A stretch of DNA of 58,930 bases from a virus, in the IMG/VR virus record IMGVR_UViG_3300029853_000009. One strand, 5' to 3'. The notes under the pieces are model-generated. The model was not told the origin of the DNA. It was given only the letters and a program-made list of their open reading frames with translations, and did no database searches. This document shows positions 7,531-16,102 of the stretch, in pieces; the first letter of the stretch is position 1; each line of letters opens with the position of its first letter. The translations under genes and the position numbers were made by a program.

Positions 7531-7568
7531 CAAAAACCCCGACTTTTTTAAAATGAAAAGTCGGGGTT
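7531..7568 (-). terminator. Strong (bidirectional) terminator after the 522-aa ORFan
   Basis: AACCCCGACTTTT/AAAAGTCGGGGTT stem with T-runs on both strands. Confidence 0.7.
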
Positions 7569-7631
7569 AATTTTTAAAATGTGGGGGGGTATAAAAATTT
7601 TCCGAATATTTTCCCCTGCCTTGCTAATAAT

Positions 7632-9200
7632 TTACAAAAAATATCCTATCAAAATTCCTAACTCATTAGTATGTTTTGATTTACAGTCGTATTCTTTAAT
7701 ATCAGAATATAATTGTAATATTTTATCAGATTTGATTTTATAATTATATTTTAAGAACATTCTGTCTAGCTGCTTTAACATTACTGAAAGCTTAGATATC
7801 TTCAACATCTTATTTATTGAATCACGTTCATGGCCTTTGCATATACTTGAATAAAATCGGATTAATTTCCCAATATCAATCCAATATTTATCGTCAGCTT
7901 GATTTGTGATTGAATCATTGAAATACAAATCAAGAGATTGTACAAGATTTAACGCCAGTAAAGCCCTTGAAATAAAGCCATTATCAATTTGCTGGTAAAT
8001 GCAGCCAATACCTATTTTGTGCAATATTTCATTTATATTTCCACTATTATTAAATATCCAGTCGATAATATTATTTCTGTACATTATAAGATTGCATTTG
8101 ATATTCATATCTATATGTAATGTATCAATTTCGTTAAACATATTATATTTTAGATATTTATTAAAAAATACATTATCAATAATATCTAAAAATTCTTGCT
8201 TATTATTATAAACACTATAATATTGCTCATTCTTATCATCTTGCAGATATTTTTTTAATTCAAATGGCTTCTTAAGCTTATAATTATAATTAACTAAATT
8301 TGAATACTTAATAATTGCGGACAGATTATTCTGAATGAACAGCATGTATCCAGAAATATTGCACTGCGGCAACTCACCATTTTGGCATGAAATAATATTA
8401 TCTTTCCATGTATCAAAAAATATTAAATTTTTACCTTGAGTCGCATTTTTTAAAAAAAATTCAAACAATTCTCTCTGTCCTAATGCTTGTTCAATATCAA
8501 TCAACGTAGGAATAGAAAGCTTTCTCGTTCTGTGTTCTAAATAAGGTTTCTTTAAATTTAACACCATATTATCATTTGGCAACCCATAAATATTATCATT
8601 CATTTTTATATTAAAATCATTTTTTAAAAATATATTAGGGATTAAATATCTATTTTCTTCATTAATATATACTTCCTCATCGTCTTCAAAAAATATTTTG
8701 AGATAATTCTTTTTCTGCAAATTCACACCTAGTTTTTCCAAGCAGAAAATGTGGTCTTTAATCCATTTTTTATTCTTTTCAAGTCGAACTGTATTAATAT
8801 CGCCTGCGACTTTATACGCAAGTTCATACAATGTTTTTTCCGCTTTTTTGCAGTTCTCACCGGGATTAAGCAGTTTATTAAAATAATTGTCAATAATCTT
8901 CGCTGTCAACTTACCGCTATCAATATTTTCATATTTTACCCAAAATGACATATAATTATTAGAATGAATTATTTTCTTATTATCTTGAGCCTTATTCATA
9001 TTTATAAGACTACTATGATAATCATAAAAACAAATACTCTTATATAGTTTGTCGTTTTTATTTAATCTTGTGCCTTTCTTAAAAGAAACAAAATTAACAG
9101 TATCATCCTTATTTACAACAATATAATCCCCCACATCATGGATATCATGCACTATGTCCGGGGGATTTTTTTTAAATACTTTCATACATTCATCTATCAT
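7632..9200 (-). CDS. 522-aa ORFan of unknown function; very AT-rich, Asn/Lys/Ile-rich
   Basis: A long uninterrupted ORF whose composition clearly differs from the flanking phage genes. It is insulated by hairpins on both sides. I recognised no catalytic motif. Confidence 0.75.
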   Translation of the reverse strand: MIDECMKVFKKNPPDIVHDIHDVGDYIVVNKDDTVNFVSFKKGTRLNKNDKLYKSICFYDYHSSLINMNKAQDNKKIIHSNNYMSFWVKYENIDSGKLTAKIIDNYFNKLLNPGENCKKAEKTLYELAYKVAGDINTVRLEKNKKWIKDHIFCLEKLGVNLQKKNYLKIFFEDDEEVYINEENRYLIPNIFLKNDFNIKMNDNIYGLPNDNMVLNLKKPYLEHRTRKLSIPTLIDIEQALGQRELFEFFLKNATQGKNLIFFDTWKDNIISCQNGELPQCNISGYMLFIQNNLSAIIKYSNLVNYNYKLKKPFELKKYLQDDKNEQYYSVYNNKQEFLDIIDNVFFNKYLKYNMFNEIDTLHIDMNIKCNLIMYRNNIIDWIFNNSGNINEILHKIGIGCIYQQIDNGFISRALLALNLVQSLDLYFNDSITNQADDKYWIDIGKLIRFYSSICKGHERDSINKMLKISKLSVMLKQLDRMFLKYNYKIKSDKILQLYSDIKEYDCKSKHTNELGILIGYFL

Positions 9201-9272
9201 TTTTTCTCCAATTATTAAATAATTACTCTATAAAATGACCCCATGAGATATAAATAATCCTATAGGGTCATT

Positions 9273-9542
9273 TCAAATCAATTCATTTTCTTTTTCTAAC
9301 AGAATCAATAAAGCCGTCATAGACATTGTTCTTAGATATTCTCCATCTTCCAACTCTCTTTCTTTAATCGGAATATCATTTATAAAATCATAGTTGGTAT
9401 AAAGTTCGACACCCTTATATTTTTGGCACCATACACAAACAATCGTATCGCCACCAAATTCTGCAATATCACGTTTTAATTCTCCTATTAGCTCTGAACA
9501 TTCAAAACTAACGCTTTCCCCATTTTTATTTATAAACGCCAT
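9273..9542 (-). CDS. Hypothetical protein
   Basis: RBS TAGGAGT before the ATG at 9542 (MAFINKNGESVSF...). Confidence 0.55.
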   Translation of the reverse strand: MAFINKNGESVSFECSELIGELKRDIAEFGGDTIVCVWCQKYKGVELYTNYDFINDIPIKERELEDGEYLRTMSMTALLILLEKENELI

Positions 9543-9595
9543 AATTACTCCTATTTTATATATTTTATTTAGTATATCATAAAAATTTACATATT

Positions 9596-9748
9596 TCAAA
9601 TAATATTGTTAATGCTATTATTATTTGCTGTAAAAATAAGTGATTTGCTAGTGTAATCGTGCTGTTTAAGCTCATAAATCAACTTTTCTTTAGTCATCTC
9701 TGGATTAGTTTTCTGTATATATTCAAGCAATTCATCTAATTCACACAT
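9596..9748 (-). CDS. Hypothetical 50-aa protein
   Basis: ATG overlaps the upstream stop (TGATG); MCELDELLEYIQKTNPEMTKEKL... Confidence 0.4.
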   Translation of the reverse strand: MCELDELLEYIQKTNPEMTKEKLIYELKQHDYTSKSLIFTANNNSINNII

Positions 9749-10077
9749 CAAGATGCACTCTCACTTTCTTTCTTAATTCCTGCCATTAAATAATCCAACA
9801 AATAAATTAATTCTGAACCATAAAGGCTTATCCAGTCTGCCATAAATTCTTCCTGCTCTATAGGTATATGTATGCCGTAAGAAAAACAAAAACAGTGGCA
9901 CAGCTCATGTGCTATTATTTTACGCAAATAAGCCCCTTTTGGCTTGTTGGATACATATATAGTCTTGTCGTTCCAATCGGTCACAGCAAGGCTTATAGAG
10001 CCGTCAGAACGTGTCAAATTATTGTTTGTGCCGTGAACAAATTCAATTTTCCACTCAATACCATTTATCAAAAACAT
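9748..10077 (-). CDS. ImmA/IrrE-like zinc metallopeptidase
   Basis: HExxH motif (IIAHELCHCF) in a ~110-aa protein with an ImmA-like N-terminal pattern. Confidence 0.55.
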   Translation of the reverse strand: MFLINGIEWKIEFVHGTNNNLTRSDGSISLAVTDWNDKTIYVSNKPKGAYLRKIIAHELCHCFCFSYGIHIPIEQEEFMADWISLYGSELIYLLDYLMAGIKKESESAS

Positions 10078-10151
10078 ATTTCACCTCAAAAAAAAAGAAA
10101 TCACCAGCTAAATATCAGCCAGTGATTTCTAAATTTGAAATTATTATTTTT

Positions 10152-10805
10152 TCACTCTTCAATTAACAAGTAATTAACATATCTTGTTGCTGTTTCGGCA
10201 AGTTCTTCACTGTAATCCAGCAAATTCATCTTGTACTCCGGTTTGTGTCCGTATGCAACGGTATAAAGCTTTTCTACAAGCTCTAAATTGTGCAAATCGG
10301 ACAGTTCAACAAGAATTTTGTGGTATAAAAATTTTCGTGTCCATTTGAATCGGTCACAGATTATTTTAAGCTTCCAGTTATTCTTGTTAAACCACTTGCC
10401 GCTATCCGGCTTTTCTACAATACCATAACGTTCAAGTGACTCTTTCTCCGGGATTGCCTGCCGTGATTTTTTCAATGCCTGCTCCATATCGTGGAAGCGT
10501 TTCACGTACAGGGCGGTAAAAACAATTCCCTTTTCTCCGGTAAACTTATTCGCAAGAAACTCACAGCCCATGCGGGTTACTTTATAACATTTGTTTTCTT
10601 TTCCGCTATCGTCTTTATATGTAGACGGAATAAAATAATCACTGACCACGAAATCGTGGTGAGTTAAAGTTTCAATAACTCCCTTTGTTTTGCCGTCTTT
10701 TGTACCCTCTAATTTTTCAAGTAGCTTATAATGTTTCATTTCTAGCATATTTGCAATTTCTAATGTAGTTATTGTAGTATTTTTATTTATTACTTCTCCA
10801 TTCAT
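10152..10805 (-). CDS. Rha-family phage regulatory protein / antirepressor
   Basis: TTLEIANMLEMKHYKLLEKLE...KCYKVTRMGCEFLANKFTGEKGIVFTALYVKRFHDME matches the Rha pattern. RBS AGGAGGTG before the ATG at 10805. Confidence 0.65.
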   Translation of the reverse strand: MNGEVINKNTTITTLEIANMLEMKHYKLLEKLEGTKDGKTKGVIETLTHHDFVVSDYFIPSTYKDDSGKENKCYKVTRMGCEFLANKFTGEKGIVFTALYVKRFHDMEQALKKSRQAIPEKESLERYGIVEKPDSGKWFNKNNWKLKIICDRFKWTRKFLYHKILVELSDLHNLELVEKLYTVAYGHKPEYKMNLLDYSEELAETATRYVNYLLIEE

Positions 10806-10816
10806 AACAGCACCTC

Positions 10817-11059
10817 CTAGTATGTTGGAACAAAGGTTCCGTCCATAATGCCAATCGCCAGTTGCATACCCGTAACTGCATAGAAGCTGTTGTTTTGAGC
10901 TGCACAAGTATTGAACAATTCTTCTAGTTCTTCATAAAGGCTGTCACTCAAGATTTCTTTAAGCCTATCCATAAATGGTTCAAAGATTTTAAAATACTCA
11001 TCACCAATTTCCGTCTTTTCTATTTGATTCGTATACACTATTTGCAAAAATTCTTTCAT
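10817..11059 (-). CDS. Hypothetical protein
   Basis: 80-aa ORF, first gene of the antirepressor operon. Confidence 0.5.
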   Translation of the reverse strand: MKEFLQIVYTNQIEKTEIGDEYFKIFEPFMDRLKEILSDSLYEELEELFNTCAAQNNSFYAVTGMQLAIGIMDGTFVPTY

Positions 11060-11086
11060 AAATTATACCTACCTTTCAATTTTTTC

Positions 11087-11185
11087 TTGAAAAGAGATAC
11101 TCTCTATGATAAAATATTTCACAGAGAGTTATCTCGGTTTTAGAGCAGTTGCATGACCGTCAAATCATGGGCAACTGCTCTTTTT
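11087..11185 (+). ncRNA. Candidate ~60-nt plus-strand sRNA with its own promoter and terminator
   Basis: TTGAAA-17 nt-TAAAAT (11087-11115), then an 11-bp stem AGAGCAGTTGC/GCAACTGCTCT followed by T5 (11142-11185). There is no plus-strand ORF here. Confidence 0.35.
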
Positions 11186-11187
11186 GC

Positions 11188-11412
11188 TTAATTACTGATT
11201 TCTTCATCAACCTTGTTGTCAAGCCATTCCTTTTTAGTTATCCCTTTTTCAGAAAGTTTTTTTTCTAGCTTCTCAAACTTTTCTCTGTCAAGTTCAGCAC
11301 TAAAATTTCTTGTCTTTTCTCTACGCTGTTTCATGTAATCAGCTCTGCTCTTAGGTGCGATTTTAACCACCTCCTTGTTACGAGTTACATTATATAATGT
11401 TACGTGTAACAA
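11188..11412 (-). CDS. Small basic hypothetical protein (start uncertain)
   Basis: The RADYMKQRREKTRNFSAELDREKFEKLEKKL pattern is common in small mobile-element DNA-binding proteins. Confidence 0.45.
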   Translation of the reverse strand: MLHVTLYNVTRNKEVVKIAPKSRADYMKQRREKTRNFSAELDREKFEKLEKKLSEKGITKKEWLDNKVDEEISN

Positions 11413-11518
11413 GTCAATGCCTTTTTGAAAAAATTTTTAAAATCCACAAATCACTAGCCAATATTTAGTTGTCAATGTTCAAGAAAGCAGGGACATTTCT
11501 GCCCCTGCCATTACATTA

Positions 11519-12154
11519 TTACATTTTACTTACAAGCGTTGAAAGCTTGCTTTTCAGCATTGTACGTTCTTCTGCCGTCATGTCTGTAAGCAGTTCTGTA
11601 ATATCGCCGGACAACTCTTTCATGTAGTTTTCAAGCGATTTCATCTTATGTTCTTTGTCCTCTGCGGTATTCGCTTTGTGCATTTCTTTGGTTTCTGTAT
11701 AATGCCGCTTCGCTTTATCATAGCCGCTTTCGGTCATATTCATGCCGCTTACCGCCGGTTCTGTGTAATACATTCTGCCATAATTGCGGTCAATATCCCT
11801 GTCGTGTTCCATTCCGCTGTACATTTCCGGTGTCATGTGGAAATACGGAGGTTCATCGTATCCCCGGCGCGTTCCTCTGCCTTTTGGCGCAAATCTGCCG
11901 TTTGCATAGCGGTAGTTATCATAAAATCTTCTGCCGTCACCAAACCGCTCAAACATTTCCATTGTTTCATCTGCGCTCGATTCTTCCATTGCTTTCATCA
12001 ATGTACGATAATACATTGCTTCTGCAAGGTCTTTCATCATATCTGTAACCTGTCCCATTTCACACGGGTCTATATTTTCAATTCCTTTGTCAATTTCGCA
12101 TTTAGCACATTCAGACAGTTTTTCAATCATGTCGTGCATTCTAATAATATCCAT
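11519..12154 (-). CDS. Cargo protein, Met/Tyr/Arg/Glu-rich low complexity
   Basis: 211 aa; RRFYDNYRYANGRFAPKGRGTRRGYDEPPYFH... Confidence 0.6.
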   Translation of the reverse strand: MDIIRMHDMIEKLSECAKCEIDKGIENIDPCEMGQVTDMMKDLAEAMYYRTLMKAMEESSADETMEMFERFGDGRRFYDNYRYANGRFAPKGRGTRRGYDEPPYFHMTPEMYSGMEHDRDIDRNYGRMYYTEPAVSGMNMTESGYDKAKRHYTETKEMHKANTAEDKEHKMKSLENYMKELSGDITELLTDMTAEERTMLKSKLSTLVSKM

Positions 12155-12169
12155 AAAACCGCCCCTCCC

Positions 12170-12592
12170 TTATGCTTCCCGAACTGCAATCAAATTGCTG
12201 TTCTGAACTTCAATTGCCTGTGCAGATGTATTCTGTACCGCCGCCGCAACGCAGCAACCGCGTGGAACGTCCACATATGCCTGTGCCGAAACATTAAAGA
12301 AGTTCTCTACTGCCGCCGGTGTAACAATCATACGAGTTGATTGCAACGGCTCACCATCAATTGCAATAGCAAGAGAAATAGCTTCAACTGTTCCGCCGGT
12401 AGGGATTTGGATGTTTCCAGAATAAGACACTAAAAATCTTGCCCGGCACTGATTTGTAAGCCCTCTTAATTTAACAATACCGCTTCCCTGTCTGTGCGTA
12501 ATGCAATTTGAACAAGCAACCGGTGTTTCTGTAAATGCAACATCTTCTCCCTGCGCAACAGTTTGAAGTGCAATTCCTGTAAATTCTGCCAT
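12170..12592 (-). CDS. Cargo protein with a BclA-C/TNF-like jelly-roll-type pattern
   Basis: MAEFTGIALQTVAQGEDVAFTETPVACSNCITHRQGSGIVKLRGL...FLVSYSGNI; start chosen at the internal ATG 12592. Confidence 0.55.
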   Translation of the reverse strand: MAEFTGIALQTVAQGEDVAFTETPVACSNCITHRQGSGIVKLRGLTNQCRARFLVSYSGNIQIPTGGTVEAISLAIAIDGEPLQSTRMIVTPAAVENFFNVSAQAYVDVPRGCCVAAAVQNTSAQAIEVQNSNLIAVREA

Positions 12593-12738
12593 AAAATAAT
12601 ACCTCTCTTTCACAAAATAAAGGGCAAACTGTTTCAGCCTGCCCTTGTTCTCCCGGCTCAAATGCCGGTAACATCATGTAACACTGCTTTTGCAGACATA
12701 ATCTTTTTGATTAAGATACATTATTAATTTGTGCTTTA

Positions 12739-13509
12739 TTAGCAACCGCACCCTGCATTGCAACCGCAGTATACATTAGGGTTCGGCACCTGATATGCCG
12801 GAATCGGCGCCGGATTGACTGCATTAATAATCTGCTGTGTCTGCGAAGCCATTGCAGTAGTAAGTAATGCGCTCTGTCTATCCTGTGAAGCCGCTCTGCG
12901 TAAATCGTTGTTTTCTGCCTGTAAGCTGGAAATTTTCTCATTGCAGAGATAATCAAGAATGGCTCTTGTCCCTGCATTTTGGCTGTCGATAATATCTCGT
13001 GTATTACTATTCATTGTATTCTGTAATGCACAAGTATTCTGTGCCATGTTGTAATTTACGCCTTGAATTGCTTCTCTTGTTTCGCAGCAGCAATTAGCAA
13101 GCTGTGATTGTAATGCATTTGTATTCTGCATATTTGCTACAGTGTCCGCATTAATAGCTTGCTGAATACCAAACCCAGTCTGTAAGATATTGGTATTAAT
13201 GCCATTAAAGCCTGTGAGCATACCGTTATTGACAGCATAGAAGCCATCACACAATCCGTTGGTAATTCCGTCAAGCTTTGACACAATAGCTGAATTATCA
13301 AATCCTCTTTGAATATCAGCCTGTGTTGCATATCCCTGTAATGCTCCTCCATTTCCACCGAAACCACCGAAGCCGCCGCCCCAGCCGCCAAATATTGCGA
13401 AGATTACGACAATAAACCAAAGCCAACCGCCATCTCCCCAGCCGTTGTTATTGCTATTGCCATCAATATTAGCCACTAATGGCACACTAGCACAATTTGA
13501 ATTAAACAT
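12739..13509 (-). CDS. Cargo membrane-anchored Gly/Asn/Gln-rich protein with a Cys-rich C-terminus
   Basis: N-terminal TM (WLWFIVVIFAIFGGWGGGFGGFGG), a CCC motif, and a C-terminal YCGCNAGCGC. Confidence 0.65.
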   Translation of the reverse strand: MFNSNCASVPLVANIDGNSNNNGWGDGGWLWFIVVIFAIFGGWGGGFGGFGGNGGALQGYATQADIQRGFDNSAIVSKLDGITNGLCDGFYAVNNGMLTGFNGINTNILQTGFGIQQAINADTVANMQNTNALQSQLANCCCETREAIQGVNYNMAQNTCALQNTMNSNTRDIIDSQNAGTRAILDYLCNEKISSLQAENNDLRRAASQDRQSALLTTAMASQTQQIINAVNPAPIPAYQVPNPNVYCGCNAGCGC

Positions 13510-13580
13510 ATTATTTGCCTCCTAAAAATATATTCATAAAGAGGTTTCCCGGATATTATGCATAAACCTCTAATATGCTG

Positions 13581-13811
13581 TTACATGTTAAATTTACTTT
13601 TTAACTTACTCATTACTTCATCAGCGTTTAAGCCTTTTTCTTTACATAAGTTTCTTGCCATCTGTTCAACGCCTTGCATATCGCCTTTTTGAGCCATTCC
13701 TACGACATTTTTCATCATAGGGTTCGACATCATCTGGTTGTTTCCTACAATCTGTTGCAAAAGCTGTTGAGGTCCACCTCTCATCATTTGAATAATGTTA
13801 ATTGGATTCAT
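13581..13811 (-). CDS. Cargo Met/Gln-rich 76-aa protein
   Basis: ORF start/stop coupled to its neighbours. Confidence 0.55.
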   Translation of the reverse strand: MNPINIIQMMRGGPQQLLQQIVGNNQMMSNPMMKNVVGMAQKGDMQGVEQMARNLCKEKGLNADEVMSKLKSKFNM

Positions 13812-14347
13812 TCTTTCTCACTCTCCTTGCTTTGTGTTCGTGAAGATTTTTTTGGTGAACTTAAAGTCTTATCAAATCTATCCTCTAATTGTTCAATTTT
13901 CCCAAATAATTCATCTAGTTTATTCATAATACCCTCTGTAGCTTTCTCTGATAGGTCTATTTTGAGATTTTCTGCGTTAGGTATAGAATTTATTGTCTGA
14001 TTGTCTTTTGGCTCTATATGGGGCGTATACAGAACTGTTTTTATCGTTCCATCTGCGTTCCATCCCTTTACATAAATTTCTGATAAATCCTGTTTTGGGA
14101 AAAAAGCAACGCTACCATCCATTGGTACTTCATTGGCATTAATATTTTCAACGGCAGCTACAACTCGCCCATTAATTCCAGTTGCCTGCTGTGGCATAAC
14201 CTGCTGATTTGCCACTGCTATTCCTGCCTGCGGCAATTGCTGTTCCTGCTGTATCCTTTGCATATTAGCCATAGGATTGTATTGATAAGCCGCATACCCT
14301 GGATTAAAATTCATAATCGGTTGCTGATACGGATTGTTTATCTGCAT
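13808..14347 (-). CDS. Cargo protein with a Gln/Pro/Asn-rich N-terminus
   Basis: 179-aa ORF in the same operon. Confidence 0.6.
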   Translation of the reverse strand: MQINNPYQQPIMNFNPGYAAYQYNPMANMQRIQQEQQLPQAGIAVANQQVMPQQATGINGRVVAAVENINANEVPMDGSVAFFPKQDLSEIYVKGWNADGTIKTVLYTPHIEPKDNQTINSIPNAENLKIDLSEKATEGIMNKLDELFGKIEQLEDRFDKTLSSPKKSSRTQSKESEKE

Positions 14348-14468
14348 TGTTCTTCTCCTCTTCTAACACTTTTTGAATTGCGTATATCATAATTGATTGA
14401 TACACCAGCGGAACTTTACCAACTTCTTTTTCAGCAAAAATTTTTTCTCTGACTTCATCTGAAAACAT
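14304..14468 (-). CDS. Hypothetical 54-aa protein, first ORF of the cargo operon
   Basis: RBS AAAGGGGGA before the ATG at 14468; overlaps the next gene in another frame. Confidence 0.4.
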   Translation of the reverse strand: MFSDEVREKIFAEKEVGKVPLVYQSIMIYAIQKVLEEEKNNADKQSVSATDYEF

Positions 14469-14503
14469 TGCCGTTCCCCCTTTCTGTAATTATATTTTTG
14501 CAT

Positions 14504-14536
14504 AAAAAAAGAGAAGAACGTTATCATGTTCTTCTC
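14504..14536 (-). terminator. Intrinsic terminator after the integrase gene
   Basis: GAGAAGAAC/GTTCTTCTC stem followed by T7 in minus sense. Confidence 0.7.
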
Positions 14537-14833
14537 ATATTTTTGTCATGCCACGGCTATTATTTTGTTGTATGTGTGTATATCATATCTTACACACTAT
14601 TTACACACTTTTGGTGTAAAAATACGTGATATTTTGTGAAATTTTATAATTTTATCAATCTTACTTGAAATGCGTGATTACAGCTAAAATATGCTATTTA
14701 CTGCCAATCATACGGAGTTACCTGATACACATAGTAATTTTATCAGTTCCCACATAAAATTGTCCGTGAAACCGCTTATTTACTGGATTTCTTTTTGAAA
14801 TTGATGTGTAAATTACACACTATTTACACACTA
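14537..14833. other. Probable attP region with arm-type repeats
   Basis: Non-coding stretch next to int. A perfect 20-bp direct repeat TTACACACTATTTACACACT occurs at 14590-14609 and 14813-14832, with inverted GTGTAA copies. Confidence 0.55.
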
Positions 14834-16021
14834 ACATACTTTCAATCCAAAATCTATTACATTATTCCTATCATTTTCAACGATACGTTCAATGTCATTT
14901 GCAGATTTTTCTTCTGTTACGTGTGTATATAAATCCATTGTCATTTTAAGTGTTGCATGGCCTAAATATGATTGAACAACTTTCGGCTGTATTCCAACTT
15001 CAAAACATCGTGTAGCAAATGTATGTCGGAATGTATGCCCACTAAAAACCGGAAATTCGTCTGCAAATTCTCTTGTAAGATTAATCTGCTCAACAATTCT
15101 TTTAATTGAATCAGAATAAATTTGAGAATTTATCGGTGTATTAAATTTAGTAACAAATAAAAAATCATTCTGCTGTTTAGGCCGTTTTTTGCTAATAACA
15201 TCTTTCAAGACAAATTGCTTTTCAAGATATTTGCGGCATTTGCGATTTATAGGAACTTTTCTATAACTCTGTTTCGTTTTTGGCGGTTCGATATGAAATG
15301 TCTTACACTCATCATCAAGATATTTTTGATAAACCAGCGTTTTATTTACACTAATATATCCATTTTCTAAATCAACATCTTCTTTTGTAAGCGCAAATAA
15401 TTCACCCGGTCGCAATCCGGTATTAACTGCAACGTTGTACATGTTGTCATAAAAAGTGCCGCTACAAACCTCAAAAAAGATGTCCTGCTGTTCGAGCGTT
15501 AATGTCTTTGCATTAAACTCTTTTTCTAACCTCAATTTAACACCCTTTGCCGGATTCTTTGTCATTAATTCATCTTCTATTGCTCTTTCAAACATATCAG
15601 ACAAAATAACTTTGATTTTATTTTGGCGTTCATGTTTATATCCACTGTCATTAGCAGTATCAATAAGTTGCTGTATATCCGATTTGACAAGTGAATTTAT
15701 CTTGCTATTCCCTAAAAAAGGTGATATATTTTTGTTGTAAACATGAGTGTATTCCCTAAGCGTGTTAGGGCGTACACTTTTCTTTTTATATAATTCCACC
15801 CATTTTTTAAACCACTCATCAAGAGTAATTTCATTGCGAATACTCAATAGATTTTCGTTGTCAGCAATTGCAATCGCAAGTTCTTTGCGTAAATCAGATA
15901 ACTTGCGATTGTAAATCGTCTTTACATTTCCGAATCTATCTTTGTATCGTCCTTGATATGTTCCATTTTTACGCTGGGTAATTCCTGCTCCCAATTCTTT
16001 GCCTTTCAAATCTTTTCCCAT
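14831..16021 (-). CDS. int: Tyrosine integrase (Tn916/phage type)
   Basis: C-terminal HTFRHTFAT...LGH...DLYTHV catalytic pattern. N-terminal GKDLKGKELGAGITQRKNGTYQGRYKDRFG arm-binding-like domain. RBS AAAGGAG. Confidence 0.9.
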   Translation of the reverse strand: MGKDLKGKELGAGITQRKNGTYQGRYKDRFGNVKTIYNRKLSDLRKELAIAIADNENLLSIRNEITLDEWFKKWVELYKKKSVRPNTLREYTHVYNKNISPFLGNSKINSLVKSDIQQLIDTANDSGYKHERQNKIKVILSDMFERAIEDELMTKNPAKGVKLRLEKEFNAKTLTLEQQDIFFEVCSGTFYDNMYNVAVNTGLRPGELFALTKEDVDLENGYISVNKTLVYQKYLDDECKTFHIEPPKTKQSYRKVPINRKCRKYLEKQFVLKDVISKKRPKQQNDFLFVTKFNTPINSQIYSDSIKRIVEQINLTREFADEFPVFSGHTFRHTFATRCFEVGIQPKVVQSYLGHATLKMTMDLYTHVTEEKSANDIERIVENDRNNVIDFGLKVC

Positions 16022-16102
16022 GTATATAGCTCCTTTCAAAAAAAGAAGCCGTGACATAACAATCACATATTACTACATCACGGCTCATATTTCAACGTAT
16101 GA

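Noticed and set aside
7632-9200. Thought the 522-aa AT-rich protein might be a Cas8-like large subunit
   Set aside because: There is no supporting motif, no array and no other cas genes. The resemblance is only in size and composition.
11137-11150. ggttttagagcag resembles the start of a type II CRISPR repeat
   Set aside because: It is a single copy forming the left arm of a terminator stem. There is no repeat-spacer structure anywhere in the window.
11648-12340. 230-aa plus-strand ORF (and the similar 11830-12048, 12471-12677, 12711-12977 and 13137-13391 alternative-frame ORFs)
   Set aside because: These are shadow ORFs antisense to, or overlapping, the G+C-richer cargo genes. They have no RBS and implausible Cys/His/Arg-rich translations.
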